Shown: piece by piece, positions 42,163 through 53,569 of the stretch
Numbering within the stretch: the stretch's first letter is position 1
Layout of the letters: each line of letters begins with the position of its first letter
Source: Eledone cirrhosa
Taxonomy: Eukaryota
Length of the DNA: 64,000 nt
Direction of reading: 5' to 3'
Assembly: GCA_964016885.1 (NCBI GenBank)
Contig: OZ024751.1
Span: 248,001-312,000 of the forward strand
The notes under the pieces: generated by a model
Seen by the model: the letters and a program-made list of their open reading frames with translations, nothing else
Database searches by the model: none
Told to the model about the DNA's origin: nothing
Program-made: the position numbers and the translations under genes

Positions 42163-42216
<54 letters not shown>

Positions 42217-42223
<7 letters not shown>

Positions 42224-42358
42224 TAACAGATTAAAGTTTAAGCAAAGAATCGCTGTTTTCACCCTTAACGGGATCTTCTGGAAATAAAATAATAAATCTG
42301 TGAACGCAGAAGTAAATATTTCGAAAAACGTTACACACTATATATATATACACACACA

Positions 42359-42405
<47 letters not shown>

Positions 42406-42703
42406 GCGTCATAATGACGTAATGCAGACAGCCAGGCATAGACAGATATAAGGGCGCAACGTAATATCTATGTATCTATCTAAAAAGAGAAAGACTAGGA
42501 GAGAGAGAGAAAGAGATCGCTAAATCTCCTAATGCGGTCCCTAGGGCATTGAAAATTTGAAATTTCTTTTGCTCAGAACACTCACTAGGACAATAAGTAT
42601 TACATGTGTAACGTTTGAAAACAATCGGTTGGGTGGTTCTCCAGTGTTAGTGATTGTACAGACAGACAAACAAACAGACATTCTCTGTTTTAGTAATATA
42701 GAT
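42217..42703. repeat. Dispersed repeat copy 2
   Basis: The right end in reverse reads atctatattactaaaacagagaatgtctgtttgtttgtctgtctg, resembling a Helitron 5' end. Confidence 0.65.
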
Positions 42704-42720
42704 GTATATATATATATATA

Positions 42721-42816
<96 letters not shown>

Positions 42817-43169
42817 AATTCCGTCGGAAAAGTACAGGAAAAAAGAGTGCTCTATGTAGGTTACAGAGCTTATTAGTTATGTAATAAACAACATAAGATA
42901 ATTATTTCATTTACCAGTGGTTTCTTGAAAGCAGGTATTTTATCTGTTTTCAGTCGTCGAATGAATAAAAAAAACATGGTGTTTTTATTAAATATGGATT
43001 CGAAAACAAAAATATTTAAGAAATATGAAAGTGAGGCTGAGAAACAAACGGACAAAAAGAAGGGTAGAAAAATATATATAATTATATATAAAAATCAATA
43101 AATATCCAGAACGTAAGCAGACATACTAAACCACGCACATATACTTAAAAGGTACGAAGACGTATACTT

Positions 43170-46100
43170 TATCACATAAGCGTATTAGCGTTTACAAACA
43201 GGGACATAAATAGAGGCGGTGTGCGGAGTCCGGAGGCCGAGTGTTTGTATGTGAGGATATGCACGTGTGTGTGTGTTTTTGTGTGGTGTGGTGTGGGTGT
43301 ATGGTTGCGTGTGTGCGAAAATAGCGTAAGTGTTTGTGTGTGTGTGTGTTTTCCTGAATGTTTTCCCGCGGATTGTAGGAAGAGATGGTTAAAAATCCGA
43401 GTATAACAGGGTGGGTGCCTGGAGCGGTGTGACCAGTGGTGTAGAATCATTGGTATGGTGTGGAGAGTTGTGTGTATGAAGTAGAGAGTTGTGGGGTGCG
43501 CGCGGAACAGGAAGTGGTCAGAGGTTCAAGGCAGGGCGAAGGAGGGAGGAGATAGCAGTAGGAGGGTGACAGACAGGCAGTGGTAGCATGAAGGCAGACG
43601 GACGGGTGTTAGAGATGGTCTGTATGTATGTGTGGAATGTGTGTGTGCGGAGGTGCGGTGGACAGGGAAGAGGATGGGTATGTAAGAAAGCTTGAAGGAG
43701 AGGGTGGCGGTGTGTGTGTGTGTGGGGGGGGTTATTAGTGGAGGTGTTAGTGGGAGTGTGGGGGTGGGGGTACTGCGGAGGGGGGAGAAGGTACTGGGGA
43801 CAGTATGAGTGAGTGTAATGTACTGGTGCGTGTGTGTGTGGTAGAGTGGGTGTTAGTATTATTAGTGGGGGGGGGTGAGTAGGGGTTAGTGGTGGTAGTG
43901 TGGGTCTGGAGTGGGTGGTTTATCGGTGTGCACGTGGGTGTGAATGAGTGTGTGTGTGCTGGTGTGTGTGGTGAGGGGGAATGTGGGTTGGGGGATGTTT
44001 AGTATTATTAGTGGTGGGGTGATTGGATGTATGGGTGGGGGTTAGTGGTGGTAGTAGGGTGTGTGAATAGTGTGAGTGAGTGTGTATATGTACTGGTGAG
44101 GGTGTGGGTGCACGTGTGATAGGGGGAGGAGTGGGGTGTTAGTATTATTAGTTGTGGGGTGGGCCAAGGGGTGACGGGTGGCTGGAAGTGGAGGAAACGG
44201 TGTTTTAGTGGTGTTAGTAGGCGGGTGTAGGGGAGGGGGATGGTCGAAGGTTAAAGGGAGAGGGGTGGAGAGTTCAGGCCGGGCGGGTGTGGGTCTGTAG
44301 GGTGAAGATGGTGTTGCTCGACCCTAAGGCGGGGGTCCCATGGCATTCGATCAGGCCACAGACGGTGAGATGGTGGGCGGAGTGTCCAGGGAAACCAAAA
44401 TGGCGGGCGATAGGAGAACTCCCGCCGGGACGAATATCTCGGAGGTGCTCGGTGAACCGATCCGCCAGGCGACGTCCGGTCTGTCCGACATAGGTTGCGC
44501 TGCACTCCGTCAAGCGGAGTCCGTAGACGAGGTTGGAGGAGGTGCAGCGGAAGGCATGCCGGACTGAGAGAGAGTGGCCGTTGGGACCCTAGAAGGTGGT
44601 GGTTTTGGTGATGTGGTGGCAAGTGTGACAGCGAGATCTGGAGCAGGGAAGGGAACCGGTGGGGGTGGGGGAGACGGAGGGTAGGGAGCTGCGGACGAGG
44701 AGGGAGCGGCGGTTGCGCGTGCGGTTGAAAGAGAGGAGGGTGGGGATGGGAAGATGGGGGAGGTGGAGGGGTCGGACTGGAGGCGTCGGAAGAGGCGAAG
44801 GATGGTGCGATGGAGGGGTAGGGTGGATGGGTGGTAGGTGAGGGGGAAGAGGAGATGGTGGGTGAGGGCGTTGGGTGAGGGCGGTGGAGCGGTCTGCTGC
44901 GCGGGCGCGAATGAGGGCGGCATGGACGGGGGAGGAGAGTAACCTCTCCGGATGTAATGGCTGACCAGAGACAGGGCCTGAGTCTCAAAGTCAGCATCTC
45001 GGCTGCAGAGGCAGCGGATCCGGAGGTGTTGGGGAGTAGAGAATGGAGTGGTTGGTGTGTGTAGGGTGAGGGAGGTGATGTCGAGGTAGGAGTGGGAGTC
45101 GGTGGGTTTGAAGAAGGCGGAGGTAACGAGAGAGCGGTGGGAGGCGTCGATGGCGACGGAGATGTCCAAGAAGTGGACGTGCGTGGTGGAGATAGAGGTG
45201 GAGGGAGGGTGGAAAGAGCAGACGGGGAGAAAGGAGTCGAGCTGTTCTCGGGTGAGGGTCGTGGCTCCGATGTAGTCGTCGATGTACCGACCGTACAGTT
45301 CGGGCGTGGGGCCGGTGTACCGGGAAAAGATTTAGGCCTCAACATGGCCAACGAAAAGGTCGGCATAGTTGGGGCCCACTCTTGTGCCCATGGCTACTCA
45401 GTGACCTGCTGGTAAAACTCACCCGAGAAGGAGAAGCAGTTAAGGGTGAGGACCAGCTCGGCTAGGAGAATGAGGGTGGGGTGGAGGGGACGAGGGAGGG
45501 GAAAAGGTCGAGGTAGTGCCGGAAGACACGTAGGCCATCGGCGTGGGGGATGACCGTGTAAAGTGACTTAATGTCTAGGATGAAGAGGAGGGGTGTGGGC
45601 CAAGTGGGAAAGTGAGGGAGTTAAACAGGCGGAGGGCGTGGTTGGTGTCGGAGATGTGGGAGGGGAGGGCGGTGACAGGGGGGGGGGGGTCGAGAAAGGC
45701 GAAGATGAGTTCAGTGGGGCAGTTGCAGACGGAGACGATGGGGTGGCCGAGGTTGTCGGGTTTGTGAATCTTGGGAAGGAAGTAGATGGTGGGGGTGCGG
45801 GGGTGCGGACGATGAGGTGGGAGGTGGTGGGCGGGAGGAGGAGACGAGGTGTTGGATGGTGAAGGAAACTTGTTGGTAGAGGGGGGTAGGGTCGGAATAT
45901 AGAGAGCGGTAGAAGAGGGGGTTACGGAGCTGCCTGAGGACTTCGGCCGTGTAGAAGTCAGCGCGTCACACCACCACGGCGCCTCCCTTGTCCGCCGGTT
46001 TGATGACAATGTTGTCATTACGGAGGGAGAGGAGAACGAGGAGTTCGACCCGTGAGATGTTATTCCGTTTGGAACGGAGGCGGAAGTGGAAGCGATTTAC

Positions 46101-46650
46101 TGCGCTACGGCAGGCGTCGACGAACGCGTCCAGGGTACCAAATTGCCCGGGTGCCGGCGTCCAAAAAAATGGTCGTCGGCCCAGGGCGTGAAAGGGATCT
46201 GGGACGTTCGGGGCCGGTGGGGTGTTGTAGAAGTGTGCATGTAGCTTGGTGCGTCGCACAAATCGCTCGACCTCCGCTCGGGTGCGGAACTCGTCGCTGT
46301 ACGGGGTGTGGGGTGTGAAACGCAGGCCTCTACTGAGGAGTGAGCGCTCAGGTGCGGAGAGGGGGGGTCAGGGGGTATGGTGACAACAAGTGGGGTGGGG
46401 GAGATGGGTTAGCGGCGTGAGAAGGGAGTGATGGGGTGGGATGGAGGGGGGAGATGGGTAGGGACGTGAGATGGGGGGGGGAGCTTGTGGGCTTTGGTGG
46501 AGGTGAGGAAGGAAAAGAGGTCGTGGTTGAGGTTTTTGATGAAGAGGAAGTTGGAGTGGGCGAGGAATGGGTGGCACGCGGAGTGGAGGCAGAGGAGGGG
46601 GGAGAGCGTGGTCGAAGTTGCGGATGGTGGAGAAGGAGGAACATGCATAT
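43170..46650 (-). mobile_element. Penelope-like element (RT + GIY-YIG endonuclease), frameshifted, with long CA-rich 3' region
   Basis: VIKPADKGGAVVV, YFLPKIHKPDNLGHPIVS, DISV...FKPTDSHSYL, CSATYVGQTGRRLADRFTEHLRDI, PGLN; the ORF ends at about 44251. Confidence 0.92.
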
Positions 46651-46689
46651 ACTTACGTTGCTTTGTATATACTTTGGTTTATATATCTA

Positions 46690-47000
46690 ATCCATCCAAC
46701 CCAGGGCCTTCTCACACTTGTGGAAGGAATCCCTCCTTGGTAGCCCTCCACCGCTTTCTGTTTGGTTTTGGTCAAGGGTGTAGCCGTACTCGTCGCGCTT
46801 GACAAATTGCGGGTTGGTGAGGCTATTTAACCCATAGCTAGGGTGGCCGTTGACTCTGAGGAGTTCATCCGCCATTTTAACAGCTCGTGTTTTGTTTTGT
46901 GCTGCTGGGAAGTACTTGATGCGTTGCTATCCCTAGGTTTTTCAGTGGTGCTGGTTACACAAGAAAGGAAGTGATGTGAACCTACAACAACGTGGTTTAC
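46690..47000 (-). mobile_element. Short repeat sharing the RTE 5'-leader motif (SINE-like fragment)
   Basis: ggcggatgaactcctcagagtcaacggccacc resembles the motif in R elements (ggagctcttaagagtcaatggccatcc) and in the LINE leader. Confidence 0.55.
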
Positions 47001-47229
47001 GTATATATAAATTGTATATTTACAATATTTATGTATTTTATTAAGTTTTATATATATATATATATATATACATAAATAACATTACAAATATAATTGATAA
47101 ATACAAATATAAAAACATATAACAAATGCAATTAACTATTGCTCGGAACCTTACAAAAACAACACCAAAATATGACCAGAGCGAGAGAAAGAAGAAAAAG
47201 AAGGGGGGGGGGGGGAATAGCAAAAACTA

Positions 47230-47650
47230 CCATCAATTCACCACCAAGTGCGACAATCGGGCGCACATCATAAGGGTCTATGGAATACTTTGAGGCAAGC
47301 TAAGGCGCTGAAACAACCAGGCACCCTTACGGGCATCACCTGACACCTCAGTAAAGTGAGCCGCCAGCGATGACAAGAACTTCGCTGTCAGCGGCCCAGC
47401 TCCCCCCAAACACCACAGGCTGGAAAAAATAATTACTGGATAAATGCAGGTATTTACGAATGTTATTCCGTTCAGCAACGGAAGCAGTGACCCCACGTTT
47501 ACCGCGACGTCCATGATGTGGGAGGGAGCAAAAGAGTCACTGACTGTGGCGTCCCAGATGAGACATCTATCTCTTACCCAGGGATAGAGGGTAAGGCCGT
47601 CAGGTCTCTTCCCATCACCTCTGAGTAATCCAGCCGGCTCCAGAACTGAG
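47230..47650 (-). mobile_element. CRE-like non-LTR retrotransposon 3' fragment (restriction-like endonuclease)
   Basis: EPAGLLRGDGKRPDGLTLYPWVRDRCLIWDATVSDSFAPS, then LGGAGP...GAWLFQRLSL. Confidence 0.8.
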
Positions 47651-48143
47651 CAAGTATTTACCCGAGCTTGGGTCTGTTTAATGATTAGGTTTAGCTCAGT
47701 GTGGAGAGATATTCGAAAAATATAAAGGGAGGTAACTTAGGATTAGGAAGGGAGGTAATTTAGATGCCGAAAGGAAAAAAAAACTTTTAATATTTACCTT
47801 TGAATGTAAAAACAAAAGGAAAATCCTCGATAGAGCAATCTGGGACCCAACTAGCAAACAAACAGACAACTTGTTTAACCCCAGCAACCACCGAACGAGA
47901 CTGTGATTTTATCCTCAGCCAAATTGATTTAGTATACCCTCGCTTTCCCCGCACACAGGATTCAATGTCGCAATACTGCTCGGAGGACGTATATTACATA
48001 AATCTAATTTCTTTATGTAAAGCTGCTGGTTATATGTATTTTAATAGCTGTTGGCTACAAATTCAGTCTTTTTAGAATATTTCAAACTTATAGTTACAAG
48101 TATAAACAAAGCGGTTGAAATATGTGGGACTCGCTGCCAAAAA

Positions 48144-48332
48144 CTGACCTGCCAACTCACCCCGTCCGATAGGGAGATCTCACCCACTTTGGACTGGCTG
48201 ACAGATGTCTTCTTTTGTGGAAATGGATATAGCTTTCATAATGTAAAATCTCCCCATTTTGCCTCATTTCTCCCCGTTTTAGAGCATTTTTTTTTTCATT
48301 TTTCTTTAGGCTTTTAGAGGTTGGCAGGTCTG
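48144..48332. mobile_element. Probable hAT-like MITE
   Basis: TIRs c(t/a)gacctgccaac; imperfect ccaaaa flanks. Confidence 0.55.
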
Positions 48333-49009
48333 CCAAAAGCCCTAACAATAGCCGCTTAATTTCGTTGTACACATTTCAAATTCTAAATGTTCCCAGCCTT
48401 TCTTAAGTCAAAGCCGCTTTGTTTACACTTTTAAAATCAATAGATTCAAAATCTTCTAGAAATATGGAATTGAAGACGAACAGCTTTTTAGCCTAGTGAT
48501 TAATGATCTCACCAAGCATCCGAGAGATGAGAAGTCGATTCCTCACATGCATTTCTGTTCTCTTTTTTCCGTTTTTATTAATAGAGATCGGTTAGTATTA
48601 TTGTGAGTACTCAATACCGAAGTAGAGTTTTAATACTCATTTTATTAAGGCTAAATAGTGACTTTTCTTACTCTAGAGTTTCGCCTGTTTATCTCAGGGT
48701 CATTTGACACTGTGATAAATAAGCGAAACTCCAGAGTAACAAGACTCACTATTTAGCCTTAATAAAATGAATATATATATATATAACCATACATATGCAT
48801 ATTATATATATCCACGCATATGTATACCATGTTTATATAAGCATGGGTTGGGAATCTACATTTGAACAAAAATATCCGTGTAATATTCTTCTTTGACGGA
48901 GTTACCTCCCATGATGCAACTACATCACTTGTGTTTCTTGAATGAGAACAATGAAATAGCGACTGAAGTGCGTTGATTAATATAATCAACTAATATATAT
49001 GTATATATA

Positions 49010-50286
49010 CAGGGTGTGGACGATATTTGTTCGCAATTTTCAACTGCTAATTTTATGCAATTTTTTTTTTACTTCCGTTGTCACTCTTGTCTTCATAAAA
49101 ACAGTGACTATATTTCCATTATTTATTTTCCGAATAATTGGTTATGAATAATTTTGTACCTCCAAATTTGTGGAAGAGACACGGAGTTCTTCTTGGAACC
49201 CGCGCCGGGAGGACAAATAAAGAAATTTCAGACTTTTTCAGCGTCAGCAGGATTATGGTGGAAAAGGTCAGAAAGTAATTGGAAGATTCAGGATTCGACT
49301 ACGAAGCAACATCAGAGAGGAAAACACATGATCAACAATCTGACGCCTTCAGAACGCCCGAGTTCGTCGCTGAAGTTCAGGATATCATCAACAATGAACC
49401 TAGCAAGTCGATGCGTGCCATTGCAAGGGAGAAAGGCGTGGATGAAAAGCTCATTAGGCTGGTGGTACGTGAAGACATTCGCTACGTTTCATACAAGATG
49501 AGGAAAGGACAATTTCTGTCAAAGGCGATTCAAGAAAAGCGACTGAAGCACGCAAAGAAGTTGATCAACAAGTTGAAACACCCACTGGAGCCAGACATGC
49601 TGTGGTTTTTCTCCAACGAGAAAAACTTCTGCCAAGACCAGAAGATCAACTCCCAGAACAACAGGTAGCTCGCTGTCTCATCTAAAGACGTGCCCAGAGT
49701 CATGCAGACAAAGTTTCCAGCGACAACATTGGTCTTAGGTGTCGTCAGCAGTGAAGGTGACGTCATGCTACCTCACTTCTTCCCCGAGGGCCTCAAGCTG
49801 AACACCGATGGCTACATCCGCGTTCTGAGCGAGGTAGTAAAGCCCTGGATCGACCAGGTAGCTGCAGGTAGGCCGTACGTGTGGCAGCAAGACTCAGCGC
49901 CCTGCCATACCATCCGAAAGACACAAGCCTGGCTGTCAGAGAACTTCGTCGACCACACTTCACCTGACATCTGGCCTCCCAGCTCGCCTGACTGCAACCC
50001 CCTCGACTTCTTTGTGTGGGGCGCAGTGGAACGAGACACCAACAGATCTAGCTGCAATACGAAAGACGATCTGAAGGCCAGGATCACAAGTGCCTTTAGG
50101 GGCCTAAGTCGGGGGACAGTGACGAAGGCCTGTAGCCGGTTCCGAGGCCGTCATCAAAGCCAATGACGGGTTTATCGAGTGAGATCGAAAGAACAAGTCA
50201 TGAAGACAAACTGACCCAAGTTTGATAAATAAATCTTAAAAAATAAAACTACTGTGTTATTTTTTCCAAATTTCGTCCGCACCCTG
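49010..50286 (+). mobile_element. Tc1/mariner-superfamily DD37D (maT) transposon, inactivated
   Basis: TIRs cagggtg(t/c)ggacga(t/a)atttg with TA flanks; WFFSNEKNF (D>N), QQDSAPCH...SPDCNPLD with 37-residue spacing; in-frame stop at 49666-49668. Confidence 0.93.
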
Positions 50287-50363
50287 TATATATGATATAT
50301 ATATGTATATATATATGATATATGTGTATATATATATGTAATATATATATATGATATATGTGT

Positions 50364-50761
50364 CAGGGGCGAAGGGTGCATGCATGCGTTATAGAATCTT
50401 GAGTTGATCAATTGCGTCGGTTGAAGCAAGCAAAATTTTGGCTGCTTACTAAATCGTAGACACATAAAAAGATAACACACAAACACACGACAGCGTCAGA
50501 TAAACCAAGCAGAATTTTGGCTGCTTGCTAAATCGTAGACACATAAAAAGACACACAAACACACGACAGCGTCGGTTGAAGCAAGCAAAATTTTGGCTGC
50601 TTACTAAATCGTAGACACATAAAAAGATAACACACACACTAGATAACACTACATGCGACTTTGACCGGGAGGGGAATTGGGAGGGGGAGGCTGCACAGCC
50701 CCACTTTCCGCCATGGCTATTGGACTGCATGCCCTGCTTTCCAGGTTACCCTTCGCCACTG
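50364..50761. mobile_element. hAT-type MITE with internal ~80-bp tandem repeats
   Basis: TIRs cag(g/t)ggcgaaggg; perfect 8-bp TSD atatgtgt (50356-50363 and 50762-50769); three internal repeats at 50415-50640. Confidence 0.88.
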
Positions 50762-50933
50762 ATATGTGTATATATATATGATATATGTGTTTATATGTAA
50801 TATATATATATATGTATATGTATGTATAGTATATTTGGCAATATACCGTATGTTTAATTAAAAACATTTAGAAGACCATATCGGTTTTAAAGTAGTGACT
50901 ATGTCACTTCTTTTCGGCGAAAGAAGGGAGAGA

Positions 50934-50975
50934 AGCTGACAGTCTGTTTCACTCTGGTTGGCGATCATCAGAGCC
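50934..50975 (-). ncRNA. Minimal type-I hammerhead ribozyme (retrozyme-like monomer)
   Basis: ggct-CTGATGA-tcgccaaccagagt-GAAA-cagactg-TC-agct (GUC site). Confidence 0.78.
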
Positions 50976-51338
50976 ACGTACCCCCCCCCCCCCCCCCCTG
51001 CTTCTGCCGAAAATTATAGAACCTGGATTCTTATAGAAATCTAGTAATAATCAGGAACTGATTATACAGAGCGATTGCTGGTCCAGCAAAAATTAGGTAT
51101 TAGGATTGGTGCTCTGAAATAGCAATGTATACATGTATGTATAGTCTTCTAAATGTTTTTAATTAAACATACAGTATATTGCCAAATATACTATACATAC
51201 ATCGCTATTTCAGGTCACCAATCCCAATACCTGATTTGTGCTGGACTGGCAATCGCTCTGTGTAATCAGTTCCTGATTATTACTGGAATTCTATAAGAAT
51301 CCAGGTTCTATTATGTTTGGCGGAAACAGAGGGTGCGT

Positions 51339-51380
51339 GGCTCTGATGATCGCCAACCAGCGTGAAACAGACTGTTAGCT
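51339..51380 (+). ncRNA. Minimal type-I hammerhead ribozyme (retrozyme-like monomer)
   Basis: ggct-CTGATGA-tcgccaaccagcgt-GAAA-cagactg-TT-agct. Confidence 0.78.
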
Positions 51381-51578
51381 TCTCTCCCTTCTTTTGCCGA
51401 AAAGAAGTGACATAGTCACTACTTTAAAACCGATAGTGTATGGTCTTCTAAATGTTTTTAATTAAACATACGGTATATTGCCAAATATACTATACATACA
51501 TTCATGTATACATCACTATTTCAGAGCCCCAATACTAATATCTAATATATATATATATGATATATGTGTATATATATG

Positions 51579-51616
<38 letters not shown>

Positions 51617-51834
51617 TCCGACCTTACACACTTACACCTCTCCAAGACAATGTCACTGGACCGAGATCTTTGGCGCTACGCCGTAATACAGAAGACCCGC
51701 CTTGCCTAAGTACAAAGCGAAACCTACAGATAGTAGGCACCTCTTAACCAAAAATACACCCCCCATCCCACTACCCCTACTCCCACCCCCATCTCTATAA
51801 AGTTATGTTGGTACCACAACATCCACTCCTAAAT

Positions 51835-52094
51835 AAATAAGGTTGTGTAGGTGTTACGACAAAAAAACACACAGTCCACACTGTAATGTGGCCATGTAGG
51901 TAACACGGTAAAAACCTCCCAGTCCACACTGTAAACATGGTTGGTGTTAGGAAGGGCATCCAGCCGTAGAAAACCTGCCAGACAGTCCTAGACGAGCAAG
52001 ACAACCAATCCTGCCCCAAGTGGGACAATTCCCGTCTAAACCAATGCTAGCGTGGAAGATAGTCATTAAACGATGATGATGATGATGATGATGA
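51835..52094 (+). mobile_element. SINE 3' part (same family)
   Basis: Internal cacactgtaa repeats, conserved motif and (GAT)n tail. Confidence 0.7.
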
Positions 52095-53065
52095 TATATA
52101 TAGTAGAATCAGTAAAGGAGCTAGAGAATAAATTCTGGCTATGGAAACAGCAGTTGGAATCAAGAGGCCTGAGAGTGAACATAGCTAAAACAAAGGCGTT
52201 GATAAGTTGTGAAAAGCACAAAACTCTGATTCCATCAGGGAAATGGCCATGTTTGATATGTAGGAAAGGAACTGGCATAAATTCCATAAAATGTACGCAA
52301 TGCAGATCTTGGGTACACAAGAGATGTAGTGGGATAGTAGGCAAACTAACAGGTAGGGAAAACTATATATGCAGTAGATGTACAGGGAAAGTTGGCAGTA
52401 GTAATCGCTGTGATAGACTCATTTTTCCAATGCAGGTGGGTTCTATAGAAGTGGTTGATAGCTTCCGGTACCTAGGTGATCAGATTAGCATGGGAGGGGG
52501 GGGGGGTCCGAGGCCTAGAATAAGGACGGGTTGGAAGAAGTTTAGGGAGCTGCTCCCTCTGTTGACAAAGAAGGGTTTCTCCCTGCGTACGAAAGGACGG
52601 TTATATGATGCCTGTGTGAGATGCGTGATGCTGCATGGTAGTGAGACATGGGCAGCTACTGCAGAAGATATGCTACAGCTGGAGAGAAATGAAGCAAGTA
52701 TGCTCCATTGGATATGCAATGTCAATGTGCGTGAACGACCAAGCATAGATGAGTTGAGAAAGAAACTGGGTATAGGAGGGACAAGTTGTGGTGTGCAGGA
52801 GAGAAGGCTGAGATGGTATGGATATGTGATGCGCATGGAGGATGACCGATGCGTGAAGAAGTGCCAGGAAGTCCCAGTGGAGGGAAGATGTAGTAGAGGT
52901 AGACCTCGAAAAACATGGGCGGAGGTGGTGTGAGCAGACCTCAGATCGCTGAAACTCACCGAGGAGATGACGAAGGACCGTGGCAAGTGGAGAGATGCTG
53001 TGCTGAATAGGACTCGTCCAACCCTTGCAAGCAGGGAAAAGTGGACGTAAAATGATGATGATGAT
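52095..53065 (+). mobile_element. 5'-truncated RTE-clade LINE with (GAT)n tail
   Basis: ORF 52073-52933 has FRYLGD, MLHGSETW, RRLRWYGYVMRM and RGRPRKTW; tail gacgtaaaatgatgatgatga. Confidence 0.9.
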
Positions 53066-53216
53066 ATATATGCATATATGTAATCTGAGTTTTTCGAATA
53101 TTGATAATAATATTTGATTCATTTGCAATTATACAAAGAGCCTATTTTTTAAGCCATGTCAGTTGAATGACTCCGTAATTCTTGCTTTTGTGTTGGCATG
53201 CAAATATATATATATA

Positions 53217-53371
53217 TGAGGGTTGGCTAAAAGTTCATAGGCTGACCAAGATACTCATGGAATGGCCAAATGAGGTTGATTTTTCAACATAATGCCTTGA
53301 AAGAAACAATGCAGTTATTAATAAGAAGAGTTGAAATTACGTCAGCCTATGAACTTTTCAGCTGACCCTCA
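53217..53371. mobile_element. Mariner-type MITE
   Basis: ~30-bp TIRs tgagggt...aaaagttcataggctgac; TA flanks. Confidence 0.8.
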
Positions 53372-53569
53372 TATAACGCTCAAAGTGAAATTGTTCTATT
53401 AATTATTGCTCAAAGAAACTTAATAACAACGTAAGTGAAATAATAGGAGTTTAATGAATTACAGATTCTAAACAAGAGTCCTTTTCTTACTTGGGAATCC
53501 TCATAATATAACTGGTATCACTATTATATGGCAGTCACCTCTAATCTGTTGGCAGTTTTAAAACAACAA

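Noticed and set aside
44251-45366. 371-aa Pro/Ser-rich ORF
   Set aside because: Mostly an alternative frame of the frameshifted C-rich Penelope ORF.
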